DNA of 47,427 nucleotides from a bacterium (lineage in GTDB: Bacteria; Krumholzibacteriota; Krumholzibacteriia; G020349025): assembly GCA_031362565.1 (NCBI GenBank), contig JANLSU010000053.1, positions 1-47,427 on the forward strand. The letters are read 5' to 3'. Position numbers and translations under genes: made by a program. Of this stretch, positions 19,312-29,729 are shown piece after piece. Under the pieces are notes generated by a model. The model saw only the letters and a program-made list of their open reading frames with translations. It ran no database searches and was not told the DNA's origin. Every line of letters starts with the position of its first letter. The first letter of the stretch is position 1.

Positions 19312-21159
19312 ATGCAGGACCCGAAGCCGACCCCGGAATTGCACGCCGTCCGGCGTCGCCAAGAAATTCGCAATCTCGCCATCATCGCCCACGTCGACCA
19401 TGGCAAGACGACGCTCGTCGACGCTTTGCTGTCGCAGTCGGGGTCTCTGCACCGCAAGGAAGAGGGCCAGACGCGCATCATGGACTCCATGGACCTGGAG
19501 CGCGAGCGCGGCCTGACGATCATGGCCAAGAACACCTCGGTGCGCTACCGCAACACCAAGATCAATATCGTCGACACGCCCGGACACGCCGACTTTGGCG
19601 GCGAGGTGGAGCGCACGCTGCGCATGGTGGACGGCGTCATGTTGCTCGTCGACGCGAGCGAGGGGCCGTTGCCGCAGACGCGCTTCGTGCTGCGCAAAGC
19701 CCTCGAACTCAATTTGCCGCCGATCGTCGTCATCAACAAGATCGACCGCAAAGATGCGCGGCCCGACGAAGTCCTGAACGAGGTCTATGACCTGTTCATC
19801 GACCTCGAGGCGACCGATGCACAGCTCGATTTTCCGGTCGTGTACTCGAACGCCCGCGCCGGGACGATGCGCCTGTCGCCGTCGGCGCCGGACACGCGCC
19901 TGGAACCACTCTTCGATGCCATCCTGCAGCACATTCCGGCGCCCGCCTACGAGGACGGCCACGGTTTGCAGTTCTTGGTTTCGAACCTGGACTGGAGCGA
20001 CTACGTCGGCCGCATGGCGATCGGCCGCGTTTGGAACGGTTGGCTGCGCCTCAAGGAAGGTGTCGCGATCTGCCGCGTCGACGGCCGCGTCGAGCCCGTC
20101 AAGCTGACCCGCTTGTACGGTTTCGAGGGCCTCGAACGCGTCGAGATCGAAGAGGCCGGGCCCGGCGACATCGTGGCGCTGGCCGGTATCGATCCCATTT
20201 CGATCGGTGAAACGTTGGCGGATCTGCAAGACCCGCGGGCCATGCCGGTGACCGCCGTCGACGAGCCGACGGTGTCGATGCTCTTCAGCGCCAACACCTC
20301 GCCCTTCTCGGGGCGCGAAGGCAAGTTCGTGACTGGGCGCCACCTGAAGGAGCGCCTCTACAAGGAAACGCTCACCAACGTCAGCCTGCGCGTCGAAGCG
20401 ACGGCGTCGATGGACACTCTCAAAGTCAGCGGTCGCGGCGAATTGCAGCTCGCGATCCTGATCGAAATGATGCGCCGCGAAGGCTACGAGATGGAGGTCG
20501 GCAAGCCGACCGTCATTACCAAGGAGATCGACGGCAAACGCAGCGAGCCGATGGAGCAACTGCTCGTCGATTGCCCGCAGGACTACATCGGCGTCATCAC
20601 GCAAAAAATGGCGCAGCGCCGCGGCCGCATGACCAAGATGATCAATCACGGCACCGGGCGCGTGCGTCTCGAGTTCCGCGTGCCCTCGCGGGGGCTCATT
20701 GGCTTCCGTGGCGAGTTCCTGACCGACACGCGCGGCACCGGCATGCTCAATCACTTGTTCGATGGCTGGGAGCCCTGGCAGGGGGAAATCCCGTCGCGCA
20801 TCAACGGCGCGTTGATTTCGGACCGTTCGGGGCCGGTCACGTCCTATGCGGTCGAGCATCTGCAGGACCGCGGCGAGATGTTCGTGCGCCCGACCGACCA
20901 GGTCTACGCCGGCATGGTCATCGGCGAGAGCAGCCGTCCGGGTGACATGGAAATCAACATCACCAAGGAAAAGAAGCTCACCAACATGCGCGCCTCCGGT
21001 TCCGACGCCTTTGCGCTACTCAAGCCGCCGCGGCTTCTGTCGCTCGAACAGGCGCTCGAATTCCTGGCGGACGACGAACTCCTGGAAGTGACTCCGGCTT
21101 CGTTCCGGATCCGGAAGCGTTACCTGGATGCGAATCAGCGCAAGAAGACCGGCGGCTGA
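19312..21159 (+). CDS. typA: Translational GTPase TypA/BipA
   Basis: [51 protein letters not shown]. Confidence 0.98.
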   Translation: MQDPKPTPELHAVRRRQEIRNLAIIAHVDHGKTTLVDALLSQSGSLHRKEEGQTRIMDSMDLERERGLTIMAKNTSVRYRNTKINIVDTPGHADFGGEVERTLRMVDGVMLLVDASEGPLPQTRFVLRKALELNLPPIVVINKIDRKDARPDEVLNEVYDLFIDLEATDAQLDFPVVYSNARAGTMRLSPSAPDTRLEPLFDAILQHIPAPAYEDGHGLQFLVSNLDWSDYVGRMAIGRVWNGWLRLKEGVAICRVDGRVEPVKLTRLYGFEGLERVEIEEAGPGDIVALAGIDPISIGETLADLQDPRAMPVTAVDEPTVSMLFSANTSPFSGREGKFVTGRHLKERLYKETLTNVSLRVEATASMDTLKVSGRGELQLAILIEMMRREGYEMEVGKPTVITKEIDGKRSEPMEQLLVDCPQDYIGVITQKMAQRRGRMTKMINHGTGRVRLEFRVPSRGLIGFRGEFLTDTRGTGMLNHLFDGWEPWQGEIPSRINGALISDRSGPVTSYAVEHLQDRGEMFVRPTDQVYAGMVIGESSRPGDMEINITKEKKLTNMRASGSDAFALLKPPRLLSLEQALEFLADDELLEVTPASFRIRKRYLDANQRKKTGG

Positions 21160-21228
21160 GAAGCGCTGTCCGGCCCCATCGCCGTGCCCACGAAGGCTCG
21201 ACCCAAGCCCCAGCGGCCCGGGCTTTGC

Positions 21229-21258
21229 TTGACCAGGCCCGGCGCGGCGATTTAGCGT
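21229..21258 (+). promoter_or_regulatory. Candidate sigma70 promoter of the acyl-CoA dehydrogenase cluster
   Basis: TTGACC-18 nt-TAGCGT. Confidence 0.4.
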
Positions 21259-21304
21259 CCCAGGCGGAGCCGCGGTGGAGCTTGGTCGAGCCCTTGGGAG
21301 AACC

Positions 21305-22450
21305 ATGATCGATTTCAATTTGAGCGACGAACAGCGCGCATTGCGCGACCTAGCGCATGACTTCGCCCTCAACGAAATTCGCCCCAAAGCGCCGCATCAC
21401 GACCAGACCGGTGAGTTCCCGATCGAGATCCTCCGCAAAGCGTGGGAACTGGGGCTTCTCAACACGCACGTTCCACAGGAATACGGCGGCCTGGGGCTGG
21501 GCGTGCTGGAAGGCTGCTTGTTGGCCGAAGAAAACGCCTGGGGTTGCACGGGAATCGGCACGCCCCTCGAAGCCAATTCGCTCGCCGAGGCGCCGGTCAT
21601 CGTCGCCGGGACGGACGCCCAAAAGCGCCAGTGGCTGCAGCCCATGACCGAAGAGTTCAAGCTGGCTGCGTACTGTGTCACCGAACCCGATGCGGGCAGT
21701 GATGTTGCGGGCATCAAGACGATGGCCCGCAAGGTCGGCGAAGACTATGTCGTGCACGGCCAGAAGATGTGGATCACCAACGGCAGCGTCGCCGATTGGT
21801 ACTTCGTGCTGGCCTACACCGATCCGTCGCAGAAGCATCGCGGCATGTCGGCCTTCGTCGTGCCGCGCGATTCGCCCGGCATCGAAGTCGGCAAGAAGGA
21901 AAAGAATCTCGGGCAGCGCTGCAGTGACACCCGCGCCGTGACCTTCAACGACGTGGCGGTGCCGGCCGCCAATCGTCTCGGCCAGGAAGGCGACGGCTTC
22001 CGGATCGCCATGTCGGCCTTCGATCACACGCGTCCAGTGGTTTCGGCCGCGGCGGTCGGATTGGCACGCGCCGCCATGGAACACGCCATCGGTTACGCCA
22101 AGGAACGCAAGTCGATGGGCGTGCCGATCTCCCGGCACCAGGCGATCGCCTTCATCATCGCCGACATGGCCAAGGACATCGAAGCGGCGCGCCTGCTGGT
22201 GTGGTTGGCGGGCTGGACCATCGACCAGGGGCGGCGCAACACACGCGAGGCGGCGTATGCCAAGGCCTTCGCCGCCGACACGGCGATGCGCGTCGCGCTG
22301 GACGCCGTGCAGGTGTATGGCGGCTACGGCTTCAACGTCGAATACCCCGTCGAAAAACTCATGCGCGACGCCAAGGTCTTCCAGATCTACGAAGGCACGA
22401 GCCAGATCCAGCGGCTCATCATCGCCAAGGAAATCTTCGACCGGGCGTGA
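21305..22450 (+). CDS. Acyl-CoA dehydrogenase (MCAD-like)
   Basis: YCVTEPDAGSD, GQKMWITN, VYGGYG, RDAKVFQIYEGTSQIQR; SD GGGAG. Confidence 0.95.
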   Translation: MIDFNLSDEQRALRDLAHDFALNEIRPKAPHHDQTGEFPIEILRKAWELGLLNTHVPQEYGGLGLGVLEGCLLAEENAWGCTGIGTPLEANSLAEAPVIVAGTDAQKRQWLQPMTEEFKLAAYCVTEPDAGSDVAGIKTMARKVGEDYVVHGQKMWITNGSVADWYFVLAYTDPSQKHRGMSAFVVPRDSPGIEVGKKEKNLGQRCSDTRAVTFNDVAVPAANRLGQEGDGFRIAMSAFDHTRPVVSAAAVGLARAAMEHAIGYAKERKSMGVPISRHQAIAFIIADMAKDIEAARLLVWLAGWTIDQGRRNTREAAYAKAFAADTAMRVALDAVQVYGGYGFNVEYPVEKLMRDAKVFQIYEGTSQIQRLIIAKEIFDRA

Positions 22451-23296
22451 ATGGGCGGACAGATGCGCAGCCTGGACATCCTGCAACAGTACGACGTCGT
22501 TTTGTGCGACATCGACGGCGTGCTGCACAATGGGCGCCATAGCATCGAGGGTGTGCCGGCGCTGCTCGAATCCCTGCGGGCTTCCGGTCCATGGGTTTTC
22601 TTTCTCACCAACAACGGCAGCGCGCTGCCCGAGCATATTGCGAGCTGGCTCGAGCAAATGGGGCTTGGAATTCCGGCCGCAAGCTTGATCACGGCCGGTG
22701 AAACGCTGGTTGCAGCGTTCCGGGAGCACGGCCTGGTGGGCCAGCCCGTGCTCAACGTCGGCAACGAAGCCGCCGCCGAGTACATTCGCCGCGCCGGCGC
22801 CGTGCCGATTGCCGATACGGAAGCCCGGCGCCGTTTTCGCGACGCCCAGGCGGTCATCATCGGCAGCACCCAGCACTTGAAAAAAGACGTATTGGATGCG
22901 GCCTGCAACGCCGTGTACCACGGCCCGTTGCCAGTTCTCTGCACCAACCCGGATGTCTTTGCGCCGGCCGCGAACGGCGAAATCGTGCTGGTCGCCGGCG
23001 GCATCGCCAATCTGTTCGAACGCGAGTTGGGCGCCACCGTCGTGCGCTTGGGCAAGCCGCACCGGCCCATTTTCGACCTGGCCGTGGCGCGGATGCGGGA
23101 GGTCGTGAAAACCGAATCGCCGCGCGTGTTGGTCGTCGACGACAACCTGGAAAGCGGCATTCGCGGTGGCGCCGATCTCGGCTTCGATACGCTGCTCGTA
23201 CTTTCCGGCTGGCACCGTTCACGGGACGAGGCGGAGCGGATGATGGCAAGCTCCGGCGTGCGCCCGACCTACATCCTCGACTCGGTGGTGAGCTGA
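22451..23296 (+). CDS. HAD-IIA family hydrolase (NagD-like)
   Basis: CDIDGVL, LTNN, TNPD, GKP. Confidence 0.88.
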   Translation: MGGQMRSLDILQQYDVVLCDIDGVLHNGRHSIEGVPALLESLRASGPWVFFLTNNGSALPEHIASWLEQMGLGIPAASLITAGETLVAAFREHGLVGQPVLNVGNEAAAEYIRRAGAVPIADTEARRRFRDAQAVIIGSTQHLKKDVLDAACNAVYHGPLPVLCTNPDVFAPAANGEIVLVAGGIANLFERELGATVVRLGKPHRPIFDLAVARMREVVKTESPRVLVVDDNLESGIRGGADLGFDTLLVLSGWHRSRDEAERMMASSGVRPTYILDSVVS

Positions 23297-24196
23297 ATGG
23301 GTTTGGCGCTCGAGTGCGTGGTGCAGATCAACCGGCTCTTTCCCAAGCCGCGCGTCGGCGGCCGCGAATCGGACGACGCCTATTCGCAGTGGGAATACGA
23401 CATCGGCCGGCAAATCTTCCTGGAGCATTTCGGCGCCGACCTGTTGCAGGGCGCACGGCTGCTCGATGTGGGATGCGGCTTGGGCGGCAAGACCGTGTGG
23501 TATGCCGAGGCCGGGGCGCGCGACGTCGTGGGCGTCGATTTGGCGTGGAAGCACGTGCAGCAGAGCGCGCGGTTTGCCGCGGCGCGCGGCCAAGCCGATC
23601 GCATTCGGGTGGCGCGCGCCGACGCCATGCGCTTGCCGTTCAAGGATGCGACGTTCGACGTCGTGACCGCCAACGATTCGATGGAGCATTTCGCCGACCC
23701 CGCCGGCGCCCTCGCCGAACTGGCGCGCGTCGTTCGTCCGGGGGGACGGTTGTGCTTGTACTTCACGCCGTATCGCTCGCCGCTCGGCTCGCATCTGTAC
23801 GACCATGTGAAGATCCCTTGGTGCCAGATCGTGCTTTCCCGCTCGTTGCTCTATGGCACCCTTGAGCGCTCGGTGCAGGACGAAGAGCGGGCCCGCGGCG
23901 GCGCGGACGCAGCGGCACGCGCCGACGAGCGCTATCGCGAGATCGTCCGCTACTTCGAGAACGACGTGAACGGCATCACGGTGCGGCGCTTCGAAGAAAT
24001 CCTTGCCGCGACGCCGGTGCTCAGGACCCGGCGCATCCACTGCGAGCCGCCCAAGTTCAAATTCTTGCGCCCCTTGCTGCGCCTGCCGCCGCTCCGCGAA
24101 TACCTGGCCGGGCTGGTGTTTGCCGACCTCGAGCGGGTTGCAGGCCCCGGGCCGGCCGTTCCAGGCGCGGCGCTTTCCGCCCCGGGCGCGCATTGA
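23297..24196 (+). CDS. Class I SAM-dependent methyltransferase
   Basis: LLDVGCGLGG, GVD, ADAMRLPF...FDVV, EH, RVVRPGG. Confidence 0.92.
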   Translation: MGLALECVVQINRLFPKPRVGGRESDDAYSQWEYDIGRQIFLEHFGADLLQGARLLDVGCGLGGKTVWYAEAGARDVVGVDLAWKHVQQSARFAAARGQADRIRVARADAMRLPFKDATFDVVTANDSMEHFADPAGALAELARVVRPGGRLCLYFTPYRSPLGSHLYDHVKIPWCQIVLSRSLLYGTLERSVQDEERARGGADAAARADERYREIVRYFENDVNGITVRRFEEILAATPVLRTRRIHCEPPKFKFLRPLLRLPPLREYLAGLVFADLERVAGPGPAVPGAALSAPGAH

Positions 24197-24208
24197 TATA
24201 TTGAAGGG

Positions 24209-25189
24209 GTGGGCCCGCCGCGGCCGCGCCGTGCCGTGCCGCGCGGCGCCGAGACGAGAGGTGCGCCGATCGCTTCCGAAACAGCTCGGGTCGAGCGTCC
24301 CGTCACGGAGCGAGTGCTCTGGGGCCTGGGTTTTTCAGTACTGCTCCACATCCTCCTGCTGCTGCTCGGGGTGACGCTCTTGCCTGTGCTGGCGCGCCGG
24401 TGGGCGAGCGCCGAGCCGCCGTTGCCGCCGCAAGTGCTGACATTCAAGTTCAAGGACAACACGGCAGACGTGGACGAGGCGAGCCGCGTCCAACAGGCGC
24501 CGCCGACGCCGTTGCAGGGCAAATTCGCGTCGCAGGCGCGGGATCGTGAGCCGGGCCCGAATGACACGCCGATTCCGGCCGGTGGCGTCACGGGACCGGA
24601 AAACTCTTTGGCCAAGGGTGCGCCAAGTCAGAATGCGGCAGTGGCCAGCGCGCCGCCCCCCACGGACGCCGACATCGCGCCTCCCAACCGCGATGCCGCG
24701 CGCGCTGTGGTGCGCGATGCGGTGCGTTCCGAAACCGCGATGTTGACCGGCCGCCAGGACCCGCCGGGGCGCGTCTCGGGAACCACGCCGCAACCGCGGA
24801 CGCAGGAAAATGGCGCCAACGGTGCGCTCCAGTTCGGCGATTTCTCGTTCAGCACGACGGCGTGGGAATTCGAGCCCTATTGGACCTACATGCGCTCGCG
24901 TCTGTACGCGAACTGGTATCCGCCGGCCGCGTATCGCGACTACGGCATCATCAATGGTGGTTGGACGGTGGTGCGTACGGTGCTCGACCGGCAAGGGCGC
25001 ATCCTGAATTGCAAGATCATCGGCCAAAGCGGCCACACGTCGCTGCATCCGGCGAGTTTTGCCGCCATGCAGGGGGCGGCACCTTTTCGGCCGCTGCCGC
25101 CGGACTTTCCGGACGATAGCCTGGTGGTCACGGTGCGCTTCATGTACCTGCCGCCGGGCGTGGCCGCGGACCGCGATGGCCGGCCTTGA
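24209..25189 (+). CDS. TonB/TolA C-terminal domain protein
   Basis: TM with SVLLH (TonB SxxxH-like), Pro-rich linker, C-terminal WYPP...SG.....AA....APF.PLP. Start uncertain. Confidence 0.75.
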   Translation: MGPPRPRRAVPRGAETRGAPIASETARVERPVTERVLWGLGFSVLLHILLLLLGVTLLPVLARRWASAEPPLPPQVLTFKFKDNTADVDEASRVQQAPPTPLQGKFASQARDREPGPNDTPIPAGGVTGPENSLAKGAPSQNAAVASAPPPTDADIAPPNRDAARAVVRDAVRSETAMLTGRQDPPGRVSGTTPQPRTQENGANGALQFGDFSFSTTAWEFEPYWTYMRSRLYANWYPPAAYRDYGIINGGWTVVRTVLDRQGRILNCKIIGQSGHTSLHPASFAAMQGAAPFRPLPPDFPDDSLVVTVRFMYLPPGVAADRDGRP

Positions 25190-25268
25190 ACGGCAGCGCG
25201 CTTGACGGCCCGCCGCAGAGCGTGTTGACTGCCCAGAGCGCCGACCTGGAAGGGGACCCTCCCGTCAC

Positions 25269-26588
25269 ATGATCCACAACACTCGGACCTCCATTCGAGC
25301 AACATCCCGCTGGATGGCGTCCCATCGTGGGCTTTTCGGACTCGCAATCGCCGCCATCTTCGGCGCCTGGCTTCTCGGCTGCGGCGGCGACGACCCGACC
25401 GACGTCGGCAGCGGGACGCGGACGCCGCCCGACACGCTGCGGTCGGTCGACCTCACGGTGGTGCGAGTGGCTTCGGTCTTCGCACTGCCGGGCTCGCTCG
25501 GGCGCTCGACGGTCGTGCAGATCGGCCAGCAGTTCCCGTATACGGCCGCGGCTCTCATCGCCTTTCGGATTCCCACCCGCACTTTCGATTCGCACGACGG
25601 GATTGTCGACACCGTCTACGTCGACTCGTTGAATCTCGTCCTTGCAACCGACAAGGTCGAGGCCGCGCCGTTTGCCGGCACGATGACGGTTGGAGTGCAG
25701 GAAGTGGCGCCGGCGGCGCGCGGCTGGATCGCGGCGACGTTCGTCGACTCGGTGCTCCTGCATGTGCCGACCCTCGAACCCGAGGCGCTGGCGCCTGACG
25801 TGTCGCTTGCAGACACGAGCTTCGTGAATCACGACGGCAAGATCACCTTCAGGTTGAATCCAAACTTGCTCGCCGGCTGGGACTCGGTGCGGACGCGCGG
25901 CGACAGCGTGGACGTCAACGTGGCGGTCAAGTTCCGGGCTTTCGTGCTGCCGGGGCGTGGTTTCCTCGAGGTTCCTTTGACCCGCAAGGACGGCACGGCG
26001 GCAGTCCATCTGAACGGTTTTTCCGCCGATATCAGCCGCCCCGACGCCATCGTTGCCGCGACCTCGATTCGCAGCCGCGCCGTGGTCGAGTTCAATTCGA
26101 GCTACCGAGCCGGGACCAAACTCGTGGTGAGCGATGGGTTCCGCATGCACACGTACTTGCGATTCGCGCCCATCAGCACTGTACTGCCCGAGTCGGCACT
26201 GGTGTACCGGGCGGATTTGATCGTCACCCAAATCGACTCACTTCCGGCCCGGAGTTTTGGCGACGGCCCGGCGCTCGGTGTGGTGATTCCGGCCGACACG
26301 GTGCTGGCGAGTATTGTCGCGGACTCTACCGCCCGGCGCGTTCTGGCGTTCAAGACGCTGTTCAATGCCGCGCCGGGCAACCTGACATCCATCGCGGTGA
26401 CGCCTTACATCTTCGATATTCAGGAAAAGCGCGTCACCGATCACGGCATGATCCTGCGGCTCTCGAACGAAGGCACGAAGGCGCGGCATTTCGAGTTCTT
26501 CGGCAGCGATGCGGCCAACCCGGTCTTCCGGCCGCGGCTCCGCATCCTCTATAGCCTGCCGGCACGCTTCGAGAGGGGCAAGCGATGA
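25269..26588 (+). CDS. Hypothetical lipoprotein
   Basis: Lipobox LLGC followed by GGDD; beta-rich; ends RPRLRILYS; ATGA overlap with the next gene. Confidence 0.7.
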   Translation: MIHNTRTSIRATSRWMASHRGLFGLAIAAIFGAWLLGCGGDDPTDVGSGTRTPPDTLRSVDLTVVRVASVFALPGSLGRSTVVQIGQQFPYTAAALIAFRIPTRTFDSHDGIVDTVYVDSLNLVLATDKVEAAPFAGTMTVGVQEVAPAARGWIAATFVDSVLLHVPTLEPEALAPDVSLADTSFVNHDGKITFRLNPNLLAGWDSVRTRGDSVDVNVAVKFRAFVLPGRGFLEVPLTRKDGTAAVHLNGFSADISRPDAIVAATSIRSRAVVEFNSSYRAGTKLVVSDGFRMHTYLRFAPISTVLPESALVYRADLIVTQIDSLPARSFGDGPALGVVIPADTVLASIVADSTARRVLAFKTLFNAAPGNLTSIAVTPYIFDIQEKRVTDHGMILRLSNEGTKARHFEFFGSDAANPVFRPRLRILYSLPARFERGKR

Positions 26589-27829
26589 ACCGCGCCGAAC
26601 AGTCTGCACGGCGGGCGGCAATCGGCCTCGTTTTGGGGCTCGCGCTCAACCTCATCCCTTGCCGCGCACGGGCGCAGGAATCCTTCTTCTCGCTCAATTT
26701 TCTCGGCGTCAACGAGGAGACGGGCGACGTCCGGGCGCGTGGTTTGGGCTTGCTGGGGATCGCGCTGCCGGACAACAAGACGGCGATCACGCTCAATCCG
26801 GCCGCCACCGCCCAACTGCCGCGCATGACGCTGTCGGTCATGGGACTGGCGGGATCGCGGCTATCGCGCGACGCCGATGGCGAAATCCGGCAAGGCGTCG
26901 CCCGCTTCCCGCACCAACGCTTCGCGCTGCCGATTCCCGGCCACTTCGTGATTTCGGCGGGTTTTGTCGGGCTCCGCAATCTGCGGTCCGATTTCCAACT
27001 GTCCGACCGGGTTTTGGACGGTCTCACCTACCATCAGCGTTTCGATCGCAATGGCACGTTGTACACGATGCCGCTTGGCATCGCACACAATCTCGGGCCG
27101 CGCGTGCACCTTGGCCTGACAGTCGATTTCCTGCTCGGCACGGTCGACGAATCGTGGACCGTGGTCGGGGATTCGCTGATCGCATTGCGCACCCGCCGGC
27201 GCGACACCTTCAGTGGCCAGAATGTGACCTTGGGCGCGCTTGTCGAGCCGCTCGACTGGTTGCACGTCGGCGCGACGGTGAGCCCGGAAGCGAATGCGGA
27301 TCGCAGCGCGCGAACGACGAGCGAGGACTCCCGCATCACCAACGGCGCAAACGCGGTGCGTGAAACGGCGGTGCTCTCCAAGGTGCGCTTCCCGGCGACG
27401 TGGCGTTTGGGTGTGACGGCAGACGCCGGGCGCCATCTGCTCGTGAGTGCCGATGCCATGCGGCGCGATTGGGCGGCCTATGACGGCCGGCTCTATGAAG
27501 CGGAATCGGTGGGGCTCGAGTCGCGGCTGGGCGGCGGGCTGGAATACCGGCCGTTGTCGCGGCCGTGGTGGGGCCGGCTCGCGTATCGAGCCGGTGTGTC
27601 GCGCACCACGTGGCCGCAGCGCGTCGGCGGCAACCCGTTGCGTGAGACGACGCTTCACTTGGGCACCGGATTCGACCTCAAGAACAGCCTGGGCCGTCTC
27701 GATCTGGGCTTCGAGTACGGCAGCCTGGGAAGCTTCGGCCAGAATGGCCGCGAGGAGCGCACCCTGCGCTTCATGCTCGGGTTCTCGGGCCAGGAAATCT
27801 GGTCGCGCCGGTCGCCGCGCTCGCAATAG
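26585..27829 (+). CDS. Outer-membrane beta-barrel, FadL/OmpP1-like
   Basis: Signal peptide ARA-Q; RARGLG..G.A and NPAA plug motifs; alternating beta-strands. Confidence 0.7.
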   Translation: MNRAEQSARRAAIGLVLGLALNLIPCRARAQESFFSLNFLGVNEETGDVRARGLGLLGIALPDNKTAITLNPAATAQLPRMTLSVMGLAGSRLSRDADGEIRQGVARFPHQRFALPIPGHFVISAGFVGLRNLRSDFQLSDRVLDGLTYHQRFDRNGTLYTMPLGIAHNLGPRVHLGLTVDFLLGTVDESWTVVGDSLIALRTRRRDTFSGQNVTLGALVEPLDWLHVGATVSPEANADRSARTTSEDSRITNGANAVRETAVLSKVRFPATWRLGVTADAGRHLLVSADAMRRDWAAYDGRLYEAESVGLESRLGGGLEYRPLSRPWWGRLAYRAGVSRTTWPQRVGGNPLRETTLHLGTGFDLKNSLGRLDLGFEYGSLGSFGQNGREERTLRFMLGFSGQEIWSRRSPRSQ

Positions 27830-27935
27830 GCGGGCCCAGTCGCCCCATGCCGCTGTTTCGTCTATACTGGCCGGACCGGACGTCCTGCGGGACGCCCTTC
27901 GTATGTTGGGCCGATTTTGGGGGAGTACGAGTCGC

Positions 27936-28607
27936 ATGCGCTTCGATCGCCAGCCCGCAACACGTTGGGCCGCAGCAGCTGCCCTCCTCATGCTTCTTGC
28001 GGGCAGCCTTGCCGTTGCTGCACCTAAAAAGCCGCCCGTCAAAGAGACTCCGGATGCGTTGCGCACCCAACTCGACGGCAAGACCCCGGCGCAGAAGATC
28101 GAGCTCCTGGACAACCTCATCGAGGACGGCAAGCCGAGCAAGGACGTGTACTTCCACCTCGGAAACGCCAAGTACGAGTCGGGCGACGTGCCGGGCGCCG
28201 CGGTGGCGTTCGAGAAGGCCGTTGCCATGGACAGCACCTTCTTCAAAGCGGTCGTGAATCTGGGCCTCATGTACGACGAACAGCAGTTGTTTCCCAAGGC
28301 CATCGAGGCGTTCGAGTTGGCCTCGCGACTCGACCCGAAGAATCCAGACGTGTGGAGCCATCTCGGCAACACCTACTACACGCAGCGCGACTATCTGAAG
28401 GCGATGGAGCTGTACAAGAAGTCACTGGCGCTCGACCCGAAGTCGCAGCAGGCGATGTACAGCATCGCGGTCGCATTCGCCGACGCCGGCATCTTCCGCG
28501 AGGCCGTGAAGTATTGGACGCGCGTCGTCGAAATGGATCCCGCCAGTGAACACGGCAAGAACGCCAAAGAAAATATCGACCTGGTGAAGAAGTACCTGAT
28601 CCCCTGA
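27936..28607 (+). CDS. Exported TPR-repeat protein
   Basis: Signal peptide AVA-A; TPRs YFHLG, VVNLG, WSHLG, MYSIA; SD GGGAG. Confidence 0.85.
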   Translation: MRFDRQPATRWAAAAALLMLLAGSLAVAAPKKPPVKETPDALRTQLDGKTPAQKIELLDNLIEDGKPSKDVYFHLGNAKYESGDVPGAAVAFEKAVAMDSTFFKAVVNLGLMYDEQQLFPKAIEAFELASRLDPKNPDVWSHLGNTYYTQRDYLKAMELYKKSLALDPKSQQAMYSIAVAFADAGIFREAVKYWTRVVEMDPASEHGKNAKENIDLVKKYLIP

Positions 28608-28619
28608 AGGACGATCGCC

Positions 28620-29729
28620 ATGCTCGCGCTCCACGACCCGTGGGCGCACCCCGACGCGCTCCGCGGCCGCCGCGTCCTGCTCGCCATGAGCGGTGGCGTC
28701 GACAGCAGTGCAGCCGCAGCGCTCCTGCAAGAGCGCGGCGCCCTTGTTGTGGGCCTCACGATGAAGAATTTCTGCTACTCGGAGGCCGGCGCCGGCCCCA
28801 CGAGTTGCTGTTCCGTGTCGCACTTGCACGATGCGCGGCAGGTCTGCGACCAGATCGGCATCGAGCACCACGTCATCGACACCAGCAAGCTCTTCGAGCC
28901 GCGCGTCATGGGACGCTTCGTCTCGGAGTACGAGGCCGGGCGGACGCCGAATCCATGCGTCGACTGCAACCGCGACGTGCGCTATCCCGAATTGTTGCGA
29001 CAGGCACGCCTGTTCGAAGCCGAACTGGTGGCGACGGGCCACTTCGCGCGCCTCGGGTGCGATGCCGCCGGCCGGCCGTTCATTCGGCGCGCCCAATATC
29101 TGCCCAAGGACCAGTCATATTTCCTGCACGGCGTACCCGAGGAGTGCCTGCGCCGCACGATATTTCCACTCGGTGAACTCGACAAAGAGACGTCGCGCGC
29201 GGTAGCGCGGGACGCCGGCTTCGGCGCCGTCGCCGAAAAGCCCGAAAGCCAGGAGATTTGTTTCATTCCGGACGGCGATCGCGCCGGCTTTCTTGCTGCC
29301 CGCTCGGTCGCACGTCCCGGGCGGATCGCGAACCTGGGCGGCGAAACACTGGGGCAGCACGATGGCATTGGGCATTTCACGGTGGGTCAGCGCCACGGAC
29401 TCGGCTTGGGCGGCGGCCGCACGTGGTACGTGCATCACATCGAGCCCGTGTCACACACCGTGGTGGTCGCAGAGGCCGATGCACTCGGCACGAGTGAATT
29501 CGACCTGGACGAGTTTTGGATTCGCGTCGCGCCTGACATCGAGGCTCTCGAAGTGCAGGTTCGGTACCGGCATGCACCGGCGGCGGTCGCACGGCTCGAG
29601 GTCACGGGCGCTGGGGCGCGCGTTTGCCTGGCGGCGCCGGAACGCGCCGTCGCGCCTGGACAAGCGGCGGTGTTCTACGTCGGAGATGCGGTCGTGGCAG
29701 GCGGGCGAATCGTCGCGACGCGGTCGTGA
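28620..29729 (+). CDS. mnmA: tRNA 2-thiouridine(34) synthase MnmA
   Basis: SGGVDS PP-loop, PNPCVDCN, ATGH, KDQSYFL, ESQEICF, TVGQR, PGQAAVFY. Confidence 0.97.
   Translation: MLALHDPWAHPDALRGRRVLLAMSGGVDSSAAAALLQERGALVVGLTMKNFCYSEAGAGPTSCCSVSHLHDARQVCDQIGIEHHVIDTSKLFEPRVMGRFVSEYEAGRTPNPCVDCNRDVRYPELLRQARLFEAELVATGHFARLGCDAAGRPFIRRAQYLPKDQSYFLHGVPEECLRRTIFPLGELDKETSRAVARDAGFGAVAEKPESQEICFIPDGDRAGFLAARSVARPGRIANLGGETLGQHDGIGHFTVGQRHGLGLGGGRTWYVHHIEPVSHTVVVAEADALGTSEFDLDEFWIRVAPDIEALEVQVRYRHAPAAVARLEVTGAGARVCLAAPERAVAPGQAAVFYVGDAVVAGGRIVATRS

Noticed and set aside
23131..23175. HAD-IIA motif IV variant (DDNLESG) as a sign of pseudogenisation
   Set aside because: The ORF is intact and adjacent to its neighbours, and the other motifs are conserved; a single substitution is insufficient evidence.
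19288..23215. Long antisense ORFs (523 and 621 aa) over typA and the acyl-CoA dehydrogenase cluster
   Set aside because: Antisense shadows of well-supported genes caused by codon bias.
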